64,000 nucleotides of DNA, from the NCBI GenBank assembly GCA_011939005.1, contig GCA_011939005.1_4858.1. The stretch is one strand, 5' to 3'. This document shows positions 9,568-19,340 of the stretch, in pieces. The first letter of the stretch is position 1; every line of letters starts with the position of its first letter. The notes below the pieces were generated by a model, which was not told the origin of the DNA, ran no database searches, and saw only the letters and a program-made list of their open reading frames with translations. The translations under genes were made by a program, and so were the position numbers. The DNA comes from a phage.

Positions 9568-10335
9568 TTATTTGTAGTTAACCATATACGGCGCGCCCTG
9601 CTTAGTAAAGCCAACCGTCAGCTTGCTCGCCTCTTCTTTTACCCATGCGGGTAATTCTTCACGGAATGCCGGATTCAGGAACCAAATCTGCTCATAGCGC
9701 CCGTCAATCTTTTCAACAACACGTTCCCAACCTTCGACGTACGTCAACGAGAACCATTTAGAACGCGCCTGGCGTGCCCAGTAGTGGTATTCGATGGTTC
9801 GACCGACGTGAGTCAAGACATCAATCAGAACTTGGTAGAAGCTCGGCTTTCCGATGACATGGCTATACTCGAAGATAACAGACTCTTCGCCAGGGACGAA
9901 GTTATCTTCAAAATTCTTCTCCCCTGTTAACGGTACCATTATCGTGTCGTCGTTGATACATAACAACCAGTGCTTATTCGAAAATGTCGGCGTGTCGCCT
10001 GAGAAACGAGCCCAGCGATAATTTTCAATCGCGACGCCAATCTGTGGCCGTAGTGTATCGACCACCTTCGCTATCGCTGCAGGGTCTATCGGCTCATAAA
10101 CCAGACAAATCGCTTGCGCTTGCTCTCTTTCCTGCTCAGGTTCCGCAGGTCGTGGTCGCCGCCCCAGCATCAAAATACCACTAAGATTAGTTTCCCCAAT
10201 CTCAATGATTTCTATTTCGCTAGTGGGAAGCTGCCGTTTAGCGTCCTCCATGTCGACGGCCCCTAATAACCCGTATTCGTAGTCGTCAAATTCCACTGTG
10301 TAGAATTCATCGGAGAACGCAAAGAGTTTCATCAT
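9568..10335 (-). CDS. hypothetical protein
   Basis: 255-aa ORF in co-directional array, ATG start; no motif recognised. Confidence 0.55.
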   Translation of the reverse strand: MMKLFAFSDEFYTVEFDDYEYGLLGAVDMEDAKRQLPTSEIEIIEIGETNLSGILMLGRRPRPAEPEQEREQAQAICLVYEPIDPAAIAKVVDTLRPQIGVAIENYRWARFSGDTPTFSNKHWLLCINDDTIMVPLTGEKNFEDNFVPGEESVIFEYSHVIGKPSFYQVLIDVLTHVGRTIEYHYWARQARSKWFSLTYVEGWERVVEKIDGRYEQIWFLNPAFREELPAWVKEEASKLTVGFTKQGAPYMVNYK

Positions 10336-10336
10336 C

Positions 10337-10588
10337 TTATTTCTCCATTGTTTTAAAGAGAACGTCTACGCTGTTACGGAGCATATTCAATTCTTCTTCT
10401 TTCTTACGCAGCAGCATTTCAGGAGCGTTCTTTGCAAACTCTTTCAATGCCATTTGGACGACATGCGAATCGGTTTCGTCCGGGAACAGGGCCTTTAATG
10501 CAACCCATTCTTCCGCCGTGAAAACATCGCCTTTGCGAACATTACGCTGTTGTGGTAGTCGAATTGTTTTACTGAGTCGGTCAGTCAT
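10337..10588 (-). CDS. hypothetical protein
   Basis: Track start 10600 is TTG; first ATG at 10588 overlaps upstream stop (ATGA) and has RBS ggtggag. Confidence 0.45.
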   Translation of the reverse strand: MTDRLSKTIRLPQQRNVRKGDVFTAEEWVALKALFPDETDSHVVQMALKEFAKNAPEMLLRKKEEELNMLRNSVDVLFKTMEK

Positions 10589-11121
10589 AGCTCCACCCAA
10601 ATCAGTTTAAAGGTATCACCTTCTAAGCCAGTCGGATGAATAATCATCGCTTCGGTATAGATAGGCTCTTCTTCTGCAATGCGGTGTTCAGCTGCTAAGC
10701 CTGAAAGGTGCATGTAGAGGTCTTCATCCATATCCCCGTTAAAAGATGAGGTCAGGATGAAAGGTGTGGATTCTGCGATTTGCAAAAGCGTTTCTTTGCT
10801 AATCTGCATCTCCATTGTCCGACGTCGTTCCATCCAACTGCCTTGTTCGTGGATATACGGGTCGGTATTAATGCGAACGACAGGTTCCGTAGACACACCC
10901 AGACCACGCGACATCATCTGGATAGCCAGAAGCGTCCACCATTCTTGTTCAGCTATCGGGAAACCGATAGCTTTCATCGTCCCGTCCGGTTGTGGAACGT
11001 GCAGTTGTCCACGATGTTCGTCTGGAAATTCGATGATCTTCTGACCATTGACAGGAATAAACGGCGGTTCGTCCGTAGCAACCACCACTTTAGGTTTGAA
11101 TGGAACGACGTTGTCAACCAT
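10585..11121 (-). CDS. hypothetical protein
   Basis: 178-aa ORF, ATG start, coupled to downstream gene. Confidence 0.55.
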   Translation of the reverse strand: MVDNVVPFKPKVVVATDEPPFIPVNGQKIIEFPDEHRGQLHVPQPDGTMKAIGFPIAEQEWWTLLAIQMMSRGLGVSTEPVVRINTDPYIHEQGSWMERRRTMEMQISKETLLQIAESTPFILTSSFNGDMDEDLYMHLSGLAAEHRIAEEEPIYTEAMIIHPTGLEGDTFKLIWVEL

Positions 11122-11133
11122 AAACGCTCCTAA

Positions 11134-12171
11134 TTAGATAGCGACAGGCGCAGATATTTTTTCATGGGACTGATACCCGACGATTTCGAAATCTTCGAAC
11201 TTATAATCGAAGATAGAATCCGGTTTACGCTTGATGACCAGTTTCGGTAAAGGTAAAGGTTCGCGCGTCAGCTGCAATTTAGCCTGTTCCAGATGGTTGG
11301 AGTACAGATGTACGTCACCACCACTCCAAACGAAATCGCCTGGAACCATGTTAACTTGCTGAGCTACCATGTGTACGAGTAATGCGTAAGACGCGATGTT
11401 GAACGGTGTTCCCAGGAAGAAGTCTTGGGAACGTGCATACAGCTGACATGAAAGAATGCGGCGAGGTATTTCAAGTGCGTCCATCTCAACGTGGAACACT
11501 GCGTCGTCTGCAACAGCTTCATTACTAAAGCGGGAATCGTTAAATTGATCTGGAAGGTTCTTTTCAAACCAATCAAGACGCTCGTCGATAGACAGCTCAC
11601 GAGTGTAGAACTGAAAGAACGCATGACACGGAGCTAACGCCATTTGATCCAACTCACCCACATTCCATGCGCTGACAATAATACGGCGACTGTCAGGATC
11701 GTTACGCAGTTGGTCAATCACCTTAGAGATTTGGTCGTGTAGTTTCAGAAGTACACGCGCATCGAACATTTGTGAACCGTCGTCCGCGTCGCCATAATCC
11801 ACGTATCCTGCATCTTGCAGTTTCTCGAGTAAAGCTGCATTTTTCTTAGGCACCAGTTTCACATCTTTCCAACGTCTCCACTGTTCCCCATACAGGGGGC
11901 CAAGGTTCCCATTTTCATCTTGCCACTCCCGCCAAATGGTAACGCCGTTATCTTCCAGATATTTGGTGTTGGTATCGCCACTAAGGAACCACAGCAGTTC
12001 GTGAATAATAGAACGCAGGTGGAGTTTTTTAGTCGTGACTAGTGGGAAACCTTTGCGCAAATCAAAACGCATTTGGCGACCAAAGACGGAGAGCGTCCCT
12101 GTTCCAGTACGGTCGCCTTTAACATGCCCTTCATCCAGAATATTCTGCATCGTTTCAAGGTATTGCTTCAT
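11134..12171 (-). CDS. thyA: thymidylate synthase (ThyA family) with two insertions
   Basis: Near-complete ThyA signature: [94 protein letters not shown]-terminus APVAI; 345 aa versus about 264 in E. coli. Confidence 0.95.
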   Translation of the reverse strand: MKQYLETMQNILDEGHVKGDRTGTGTLSVFGRQMRFDLRKGFPLVTTKKLHLRSIIHELLWFLSGDTNTKYLEDNGVTIWREWQDENGNLGPLYGEQWRRWKDVKLVPKKNAALLEKLQDAGYVDYGDADDGSQMFDARVLLKLHDQISKVIDQLRNDPDSRRIIVSAWNVGELDQMALAPCHAFFQFYTRELSIDERLDWFEKNLPDQFNDSRFSNEAVADDAVFHVEMDALEIPRRILSCQLYARSQDFFLGTPFNIASYALLVHMVAQQVNMVPGDFVWSGGDVHLYSNHLEQAKLQLTREPLPLPKLVIKRKPDSIFDYKFEDFEIVGYQSHEKISAPVAI

Positions 12172-13031
12172 TAGATACTATCCCTCTTTAAGCTTTCAAA
12201 TAAGTAAAGTAGATCATCATTCATCACCACATTCACACCGCCATCTGTGTAGGCTGCGGTTATTTCAGGTACACGTTCGAACAGGATACGATTCCAGCGC
12301 ACTGAGTCACGAACATATTTGTCCAGCAGTTCGTTTAACGTAGTTGCGAGTGCAGCATTGATTGTCGGCAACTCGTCGCGTTTAAACGGCCGGTGGCAAT
12401 AGGGCGCAAGGTGCGTAGCGACACAACTGTCCAGGACAGTCTGGAACATCAGACAGATGGCTGGCCCAGCCATCTGTCTAGAACCAGGCAATTTATCGCC
12501 AGTAAAATCATCAGACGCGGGAACAAACAACCCGATGCCGTTCATTTCACCTTTCGTGTTGATTAGCACACGATGTCCGTTGTATATTACACGGCCGAAT
12601 TCCAGGCCGCAGATACGCGCCAACATTCGGTATTGTCGCGCCAAACTATGCAGCTCGGTAACGTAGCTGTGGGGCTCGTGCTCATCTTGCAATATGAGTC
12701 CAACCACTTCGGTGGCAACAACAAAAAGGTTATGAAGACGGAACTCTTTGGTGTTTCCCGTGGTGCGGTCTTTTATAGCTGCATCCAGTGGAATAACGAA
12801 ATCTCCCACGTTCGTGTGCTTGCCGAAGTGCAACAGACCAACGAACGCCCAAAGAGAGCGACCCATGGCCGCCGCCACTTTCAAGTTGTCCATCTTCTGC
12901 ACACCTTCAGCGACGTCGCCTAATGTGCGATAGAACTTGGCTAGCTGCTGCTCGCGTGTCCCGTATTGGTAAATCTTCGCTTGCCGGTACCAATCATCAA
13001 CCGCCTGAGTCTGCTGAATAATACTAAGCAT
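12171..13031 (-). CDS. hypothetical protein, translationally coupled to thyA
   Basis: Stop overlaps thyA start; ATG at 13031 has RBS aggagg (track start 13097 would overlap upstream gene by 74 nt). Possible MazG-like helix pattern, weak. Confidence 0.55.
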   Translation of the reverse strand: MLSIIQQTQAVDDWYRQAKIYQYGTREQQLAKFYRTLGDVAEGVQKMDNLKVAAAMGRSLWAFVGLLHFGKHTNVGDFVIPLDAAIKDRTTGNTKEFRLHNLFVVATEVVGLILQDEHEPHSYVTELHSLARQYRMLARICGLEFGRVIYNGHRVLINTKGEMNGIGLFVPASDDFTGDKLPGSRQMAGPAICLMFQTVLDSCVATHLAPYCHRPFKRDELPTINAALATTLNELLDKYVRDSVRWNRILFERVPEITAAYTDGGVNVVMNDDLLYLFESLKRDSI

Positions 13032-13443
13032 ACTCTTCCTCCTGATACGCGTAGCAGATTGCAAAGTTAAGCTGGCCGGTTGCGCGAGAAACGACAACGG
13101 CGATAGTCTGGTCTTCTACACCCGACATCGGTGTGCCCTGGTTAACCATTTGACCTGCGGCTTTACTTACCGGACCCAGCAAACGCCAGCTGTACAGACG
13201 GCTACGTAACGCGGCGTTTTGTAAGAAAGCGGAGCCGCAATCATAGTCGATGTTAAACGCCGCAAACATTGGACCACAGTTTGCCATCGTGCCGTTTAAC
13301 GGCAGCTCGCTCGTTACCACAATCTTCACAGGCTTGTCTTTGAGACGTTGTGCTAACGCTTCCCAGTTAGCGTTATTAGTGCCAGCGACGATGGTGTTGT
13401 TCAGAAGTAAGCCAACGCCTTTTTCAAACGCGATATTGTTCAT
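13024..13443 (-). CDS. hypothetical protein
   Basis: 139-aa ORF, ATG start; no motif recognised. Confidence 0.5.
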   Translation of the reverse strand: MNNIAFEKGVGLLLNNTIVAGTNNANWEALAQRLKDKPVKIVVTSELPLNGTMANCGPMFAAFNIDYDCGSAFLQNAALRSRLYSWRLLGPVSKAAGQMVNQGTPMSGVEDQTIAVVVSRATGQLNFAICYAYQEEEYA

Positions 13444-13491
13444 TATAGTTCTCCTTGAGGTCTTTTACATACGTACAGCCGTGGCCGTAAA

Positions 13492-13854
13492 TTATCGAAG
13501 AATAAGAATTTGACTACTGTCGTGCACATTGTACGTATTCATCCTGGGCTTGCTAGGCGGGTTGAATCCCATCAATAATTCGCACAATACACGACCAGGC
13601 TGCCCACTGAAGATAACCAGATGCGTGGTGTCTTCGCCGTCTCCAAGTCGGGAGAAAGCCACGCGTGGTGATGCAGCTTGCGTGTAGAGCTGCAGCAGTT
13701 GAAACTTACCTTCTGCGAAGGGAGCAAGTTTCTCTTTCCACTCGACCATAGATGATTCGTCGAGTTCTAACGTGCGTACACGTCTCCCGGCGCTATCCGC
13801 AACTCCACAAACAAACACGATTCCGTGACGATTAAAGAAGAAGCCGATTTGCAT
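13492..13854 (-). CDS. hypothetical protein
   Basis: 120-aa ORF, ATG start, RBS aaggag. Confidence 0.5.
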   Translation of the reverse strand: MQIGFFFNRHGIVFVCGVADSAGRRVRTLELDESSMVEWKEKLAPFAEGKFQLLQLYTQAASPRVAFSRLGDGEDTTHLVIFSGQPGRVLCELLMGFNPPSKPRMNTYNVHDSSQILILR

Positions 13855-13872
13855 TTACATACTCCTTAAGAT

Positions 13873-13908
13873 AAAAAATGAAGATACCCTCTCCCGAAGG
13901 AGAGGGTA
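13873..13908 (-). terminator. rho-independent terminator (UUCG-loop hairpin on minus transcript)
   Basis: Stem taccctctcc / ggagagggta with loop cgaa on plus strand (13885-13908), A-run 13873-13878. Confidence 0.6.
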
Positions 13909-13912
13909 CGAC

Positions 13913-14575
13913 TTAGATGCGGGTTTCATTATCCCAGTAGTTCCGAATGACTTCCTGGGCTTCAGCATCCGACGGGTTGCCTGGAATAGCGTCTTCTACT
14001 GCAAACGGCAATACGTCCTTGATAGACGTCAGCTCAAATCGCTCAACTTCCAGTTCGACTTTTACCCACTCGCCGAATGTCGTGGAGTCGCGCAGTTCGT
14101 TGACAAGGTCTTCGAAACCTGCCTGCGATTCGATAACTGGGTGACCTGCCAGTTTAAAGAACAAGTCGATATCCCAATGCTTCGCACCTTGCTCTGCCAG
14201 TTCACCTGGTTCGAGTTTGATACGACGCACGAGATGTGCAAGATTGCCATCTTCGTAGAAGGTCAGACCCGAAGCAAACCCGATATCCGAGTTCTCTTCG
14301 ATACGACCATCAGATGCTTGTCGTTTTAACGTTAAGACTGCGGTTTTATCGGTGGACAACCGCACGCGACGTTTGCCGTTAACGACCGGCATAATGACAT
14401 CCAGGAACGTTTCACCTGTCTGACCAAACAGCCATTGCCAACCTTCTTCAGTGGGTTTAACCCACATGCAATACTCACGTTCCTTCTCCGTAGAGATGGA
14501 CTCACGCGCAACAGTAATGACTTCTTTTTCCTGCTGCTCGTCTAAGTTTTTGAGAATATCAAATAGTCCCATCAT
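13913..14575 (-). CDS. hypothetical protein
   Basis: 220-aa ORF, ATG start. Confidence 0.55.
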   Translation of the reverse strand: MMGLFDILKNLDEQQEKEVITVARESISTEKEREYCMWVKPTEEGWQWLFGQTGETFLDVIMPVVNGKRRVRLSTDKTAVLTLKRQASDGRIEENSDIGFASGLTFYEDGNLAHLVRRIKLEPGELAEQGAKHWDIDLFFKLAGHPVIESQAGFEDLVNELRDSTTFGEWVKVELEVERFELTSIKDVLPFAVEDAIPGNPSDAEAQEVIRNYWDNETRI

Positions 14576-15410
14576 CGATTCCTAGTTTCTTCAAAAGTTC
14601 GGTTCGATCAAACGTACTGTCCTCAGGATCGATATGTTCAGCTATCATCTCAATCAGATTTGGTAGCCAGTCCCAGTGTGCTGGGAATATCTTACGCCCT
14701 TGCATCATGTAATAATGCTTAAGCGGGATACGTGCTCGCAGAATCTCTGCAAATACATTACCTAACGATGTCCCGTCGACCGACAGTATAAAGAGTTTAT
14801 TTACCAGCGCATGGATAAAACGGCTTTCTGTAACCGGGGTAAATGAACCGGGCTTATAGCTGGTTCCTCCGTAGATTTCCGCTTTCAGATTACGACCTAA
14901 CCGGATACAGTCGGTGCCATCCAGTGCACGCAACTTCTCAATATCAGGCCAGGTGTTCACTGCCTGTCGCATGATATCAAATTCCATCACCAAAGTGCGG
15001 TTATCAATTTCACGCATTAAGTAATCCAGAATACGCAGGTAATGATAATAACCTTCGAGCGTCCGGAAAGGTCCGTGGGGGGTAACAAAATACTCACCAG
15101 GGCGAGCATAGAAGTTACTCGCCATCCGACCTATCTCAGTTCGCCCCTGCGAATAGATGTTGAAGTGATTCAGACCGTCTGTAGACGGCGTGATATCCAC
15201 CAAGGTACTCTGGTAACCCATACGCAGTAAATAGCGTACAAAGGCTTCCTTTTCTTCTGGTGGTAGGATGGGACGTAAAACAGGATATGTGGCTTCTACC
15301 GAGGCGGGCAACGTAAACCCAAAAGCAGCCGCCAAAGCATCCACCGATGCACCATCGACACGTAGACGTTCCAACGCACTACGCAAAAACTTACCTTCAT
15401 CTTTCGACAT
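14559..15410 (-). CDS. hypothetical protein
   Basis: 283-aa ORF, ATG start, overlaps downstream gene by 17 nt. Confidence 0.55.
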   Translation of the reverse strand: MSKDEGKFLRSALERLRVDGASVDALAAAFGFTLPASVEATYPVLRPILPPEEKEAFVRYLLRMGYQSTLVDITPSTDGLNHFNIYSQGRTEIGRMASNFYARPGEYFVTPHGPFRTLEGYYHYLRILDYLMREIDNRTLVMEFDIMRQAVNTWPDIEKLRALDGTDCIRLGRNLKAEIYGGTSYKPGSFTPVTESRFIHALVNKLFILSVDGTSLGNVFAEILRARIPLKHYYMMQGRKIFPAHWDWLPNLIEMIAEHIDPEDSTFDRTELLKKLGIDDGTI

Positions 15411-15419
15411 AGAGGTACC

Positions 15420-16694
15420 TTACAAGGCGAAATAGCTCTGCACCAGCGTACTGGCAGACTGATATTGGACACTACCACCGGCGATAACGTACGGACGTTT
15501 CTCGGTGGTCAGGAGTGCTTGAATCGCATTACTGTTGGCGTAAGTGTAAAGTTTAAGCTCAACCATTCCAGGATTCGTTTTAGAGATATCCCAGTTTGGA
15601 TTAAGCGCATTAAACAACGTCAACAGTCGCTGACCGTAGGTGCTGTAACCCACACCCGGCTCAACGTTAAGGTTCATCAGAAGATTCTGAATAACAGTAT
15701 CTGCAATCTCAGCACCTTGACCTGGCTGTAGTTTAGGCAAGTAATACTCAACAGAATTGAGATTGCCCGCAGCCGCAGCCTGTATCATCAGTTCGCCGTA
15801 CAACGCTTGTTGTGCAATAGGATCGGTGATAGCCTGAATCATCGGATCGATGCGATTCGGCAGACCGTATTGATTGAGCTTCGTGGACATACCGTATATC
15901 AACGCGGACGAGGTGTTGATATCCAGCGAGGAGAAATTCCCACTCCCGCCCGTAAAGCTATCAATGATCCCGTCGATAGACAAGAAGTCGTCCAGGTCCT
16001 TAAAGCTATCAAACGTGTGCGTAACGTCGTCAATCAGTGCGGTGACTTGCCACTTGGCGCTATTGGCCATATCGACGTAGTTACCGATTTCACGCTGTAC
16101 CTCACCAGGCAGTTTGGCAAGCTGTCCCGCGATGTTCATCGTGGACTCCAGGCGAGCTTTCACTGACGCATAATCTGTCCCGACCGCGCTTAAAGCGCTA
16201 TCGCGAAGATCAGTCAGTGTATCCCATCCCTTACTTAACAGACTACCTGCGCCGCCCGGTGAGAGATAGCTCAGTGCAGTTTTCCCTTCCTGGTTTACCT
16301 TCTGAAAGGGTTCGGACACATCGCGCTTCTGTGGATCGATAACTGGCAGCGCTTCTTTCGTGTTGGAAGCAAAAGTAGGCACACGTTGTGGCGGCGATAC
16401 TCCGGAAGCCGCTGAACCTGCTGCCTTTTTACCACCTACCGTGACTTGGTCGCCACCCCCGAACACGTTACCAAATTTTTCACTTATCGTGTTGCCAATG
16501 TTGGAGATCTTGTCGAAAGTTTCCCCTGCTTTGGCGGTTACGTTATTGTACAAATTTTGAGCACTTTCAATACCGCGCTCGGCATTACCGATCGTTGACT
16601 GGACACGGTTTTGAACATCGTTAACTTTGTTCTCTATTGCGCCCGTTGTGTTGCTTATCTGGTTGGTAATCCCATCAAGGTTGTTCAGTTTCAT
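15420..16694 (-). CDS. hypothetical Ser/Gly/Asn-rich protein
   Basis: 424-aa ORF, ATG start; low-complexity Gly/Ser stretches; possibly structural or injected, unproven. Confidence 0.55.
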   Translation of the reverse strand: MKLNNLDGITNQISNTTGAIENKVNDVQNRVQSTIGNAERGIESAQNLYNNVTAKAGETFDKISNIGNTISEKFGNVFGGGDQVTVGGKKAAGSAASGVSPPQRVPTFASNTKEALPVIDPQKRDVSEPFQKVNQEGKTALSYLSPGGAGSLLSKGWDTLTDLRDSALSAVGTDYASVKARLESTMNIAGQLAKLPGEVQREIGNYVDMANSAKWQVTALIDDVTHTFDSFKDLDDFLSIDGIIDSFTGGSGNFSSLDINTSSALIYGMSTKLNQYGLPNRIDPMIQAITDPIAQQALYGELMIQAAAAGNLNSVEYYLPKLQPGQGAEIADTVIQNLLMNLNVEPGVGYSTYGQRLLTLFNALNPNWDISKTNPGMVELKLYTYANSNAIQALLTTEKRPYVIAGGSVQYQSASTLVQSYFAL

Positions 16695-17553
16695 TGGAAC
16701 TCCAGAATCTATACGTCGCTAACGGAACGTTGTCGCTGACCTCATATTCTCTACCACTACGATGGCGAACTTTGAAAGTGATTTCGAACTCACGTACGTC
16801 CAGCGCTTGTAAGATTATTAGAAACCAACGCCAGGTGATTGCCTCGGTGTGACGCATCGCCTGTTTCATGTTGTTTCGTCTGTCCCCACGTTTGGATGAT
16901 GTGCCTGGGCACAACTTAGGGTTGTTGACGTAGTTCGTCGTCCACCGTTCCAGTTTATCACCATCGATTTTATACCCACGAATAATTTTGTAGATTAAAC
17001 GCAGGAGAATATGCTTCATCACATGTTCGATGGTGTGATCGATGTTCGCGATATACTCGTTAACGTCGTGAGATGCAGGATGCTCGAAACGCTCTTTACG
17101 TTTCTTCCTGTTCTCATTACGTAAGTTCTTAATGAAGTCCTCACGCACAAACGTACTGTCGAATACAAAACACTTCGTGTCAAAGCTTCCCCGCTTAGTC
17201 AGCATGGTGACTGTTAGCGTTTGCATCTCCAGGATAACTAATCCCTCGATGAAACGTTTCCACGTAAAATCGACTGTCAGGTTACGTACCGAACCACCCG
17301 TAAGTGAGGTGTTCAGCCGGTTAACGCGGTCGGTCATCGTGGTCAGTTTGCTGTCACGAAACTGTTTCAGATACTCCGGGTCGTTGACATGTTGACGGAT
17401 AAGGTCTTTCCATATCCCGTCGCTAATACCCATCAACTTAACCAGATTCCAATAAGCATTCCTTAACGGGTAGCTGGAATCCGACGCTGGTGGCGTACCG
17501 TGCCAAATTTGCTCGCGTGTGCTATTCAGCGGCGGCTTTTTCTCATCATCCAT
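16675..17553 (-). CDS. hypothetical basic protein
   Basis: 292-aa ORF, ATG start. Confidence 0.55.
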   Translation of the reverse strand: MDDEKKPPLNSTREQIWHGTPPASDSSYPLRNAYWNLVKLMGISDGIWKDLIRQHVNDPEYLKQFRDSKLTTMTDRVNRLNTSLTGGSVRNLTVDFTWKRFIEGLVILEMQTLTVTMLTKRGSFDTKCFVFDSTFVREDFIKNLRNENRKKRKERFEHPASHDVNEYIANIDHTIEHVMKHILLRLIYKIIRGYKIDGDKLERWTTNYVNNPKLCPGTSSKRGDRRNNMKQAMRHTEAITWRWFLIILQALDVREFEITFKVRHRSGREYEVSDNVPLATYRFWSSNETEQP

Positions 17554-17586
17554 ACATCACCTTGTTACAAGGGAATAGATTAAAAG

Positions 17587-18117
17587 TTAGAGATAGTGTT
17601 CCACTATCACTTCTAACTCGCGGAAGATATGTGCGGTTTGATTAAACAGCGTATCCTGTTCGGGTGTTTGTTTATCAAATGCACGCTGATACAGTTCTAA
17701 CATAGCGAAGACTGTGCGCAGTTTATCACGCGCGACTTCAGGATCGGATGCACCGAAATAATGATCAAGCCATCGTGGTTCTGAACTCTCTCCTTTTCTA
17801 TCGATTGCCTCAGGCAACTCTAACCAACGCTGATTGGGAATGTTGCTACTGGATACACGGTTATACTCAGAAATGAAGAATTCCAATCGCTCCACCAACG
17901 TGTCAAAATCTCGAATACGTAATTCGAGTTGTCCACGCAATGAAAAAGGAAGGTATTCTTTCCCATTATATTCCAGAGGCTCTGTAATGAGTTCTAAGCC
18001 CACCATCACTCTGTGCAGGGTGTTATGGGTATTCTTATGAAACTCAGCCTCCAAAGAGCGTCTGCGAGCTTCTACAGCCTTACGACGCAGGAGTGTTGAA
18101 AGCCATTTAAAAAGCAT
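17587..18117 (-). CDS. hypothetical protein
   Basis: 176-aa ORF, ATG start; divergent from plus-strand gene at 18194. Confidence 0.5.
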   Translation of the reverse strand: MLFKWLSTLLRRKAVEARRRSLEAEFHKNTHNTLHRVMVGLELITEPLEYNGKEYLPFSLRGQLELRIRDFDTLVERLEFFISEYNRVSSSNIPNQRWLELPEAIDRKGESSEPRWLDHYFGASDPEVARDKLRTVFAMLELYQRAFDKQTPEQDTLFNQTAHIFRELEVIVEHYL

Positions 18118-18193
18118 AGGTGTTATCCTATTATGAGATGTTGTCTCGGATAGATAATATCTGTCTGAGTTCTTTTTGAGATGAGGTTATCCC
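18118..18193. promoter_or_regulatory. divergent intergenic region carrying motif TAGATAATATCTGTCTGAG
   Basis: 76-bp gap between divergently oriented genes; contains near-palindromic AT-rich motif (18151-18169) shared with two other intergenic sites. Confidence 0.4.
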
Positions 18194-18664
18194 ATGAGCG
18201 AAGAAGTGAAATACCAAGCGTTCGACGGAGATGTGGACAACGAAGATTCGCTTCTCCGCCAAACACAACAGCTACGCGTTAAGCTCGTCACAGATATGGT
18301 GAACGACGGTGAAGTACACAAAGACTTAAAAGCCGTCGACCGAATCGAACGCCTAATCAACGGCATCGACAAACAGGTCATGACGAAGCGGAAAATTAAA
18401 GCTGCTGAGAAAGGCGCTGAGGCGACTCAAGATTTGGCCAACAGTTTAAACGGCTTCTTAATGACCCGTGCTGGCGTTGGTATCAAACGTCACGACGATG
18501 AAGAAGATTTAAATAACGGATACCAACCCACCGTCCCACAGATTGCCGCAGTACGGCCTCCGAAAGAAGGTGAGTTGGCACCAGTAGGCGAAAAGATTGA
18601 CGTTGACCAGATCATGGCGTCTGCGTTTGCGAGTCGTCGTCCTGCTGATGACGACGAAGACTAA
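18194..18664 (+). CDS. hypothetical acidic protein (plus-strand island)
   Basis: 156-aa ORF, ATG with RBS gaggt; acidic C-terminus ending DDDED; 3' end overlaps convergent gene by 53 nt. Confidence 0.45.
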   Translation: MSEEVKYQAFDGDVDNEDSLLRQTQQLRVKLVTDMVNDGEVHKDLKAVDRIERLINGIDKQVMTKRKIKAAEKGAEATQDLANSLNGFLMTRAGVGIKRHDDEEDLNNGYQPTVPQIAAVRPPKEGELAPVGEKIDVDQIMASAFASRRPADDDED

Positions 18665-19340
18665 ACAGCGCAGTGTCCTTTACGTCAGTACCGACGTATT
18701 GAGCAAGAAAACGGGTGGACTCCTTAAAGGGGTTCACCTTATCTCTTTTTATTTGCGCGATTGCTTCTTCCGTTAATTCGCTGGTCAGCATACTCGGTCG
18801 GGTAATCGTAAAATCCGGAATCGGTTTCTGGAAATGGCTCGCGTGTTGTTCTATCCACGGATACCAATCGTACATTATCCAACCATCCCATGCAGAAGCA
18901 AGTCGTCCTGGTGTAAGATCGCTGTGAGGAATAACAACGACGTCTACTTGCACTTCGTTGTAGTAGTAGCGCAGTTCTTCCAAAAACGCATGACGTTCTT
19001 CATCATCGAGATCAGCGTATGGCCACAGGTTAAACGTTAAGACAGGTCGCTCGATAGGAGCGTGCATCTGTATCGTCATTAACATTGCCTGTACTTCGTT
19101 CTTTAGCGTAAGCAACATTTCTGTTGGCTGCGCGTTCTGCAACGCGCGTTTATCACGCTCCGCGAACTTTTTATTCCAGTCCTGAATTCCTACCACTTCG
19201 GCCCACGCATCCGTGAACCGCATCCGATACACTTCTAAATCAAGCTTCTCTAATACATCAGGCTGCAACACTTTCGCCCAACCAATTCGTGTATCGAAGA
19301 TTGTGTCGATATCGACTAAGAAACGGCGTCCTAATCTCAT
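18612..19340 (-). CDS. hypothetical protein
   Basis: 242-aa ORF, ATG start, ATGA-coupled to upstream gene. Confidence 0.55.
   Translation of the reverse strand: MRLGRRFLVDIDTIFDTRIGWAKVLQPDVLEKLDLEVYRMRFTDAWAEVVGIQDWNKKFAERDKRALQNAQPTEMLLTLKNEVQAMLMTIQMHAPIERPVLTFNLWPYADLDDEERHAFLEELRYYYNEVQVDVVVIPHSDLTPGRLASAWDGWIMYDWYPWIEQHASHFQKPIPDFTITRPSMLTSELTEEAIAQIKRDKVNPFKESTRFLAQYVGTDVKDTALFSLRRHQQDDDSQTQTP

Noticed and set aside
11134-12171. Possibility that the ThyA insertions are an intein or a group I intron, as in T4 td
   Set aside because: The reading frame is continuous, so there is no intron; the insertions (about 35 and 46 aa) are far too short for an intein and lack intein splice-junction motifs.
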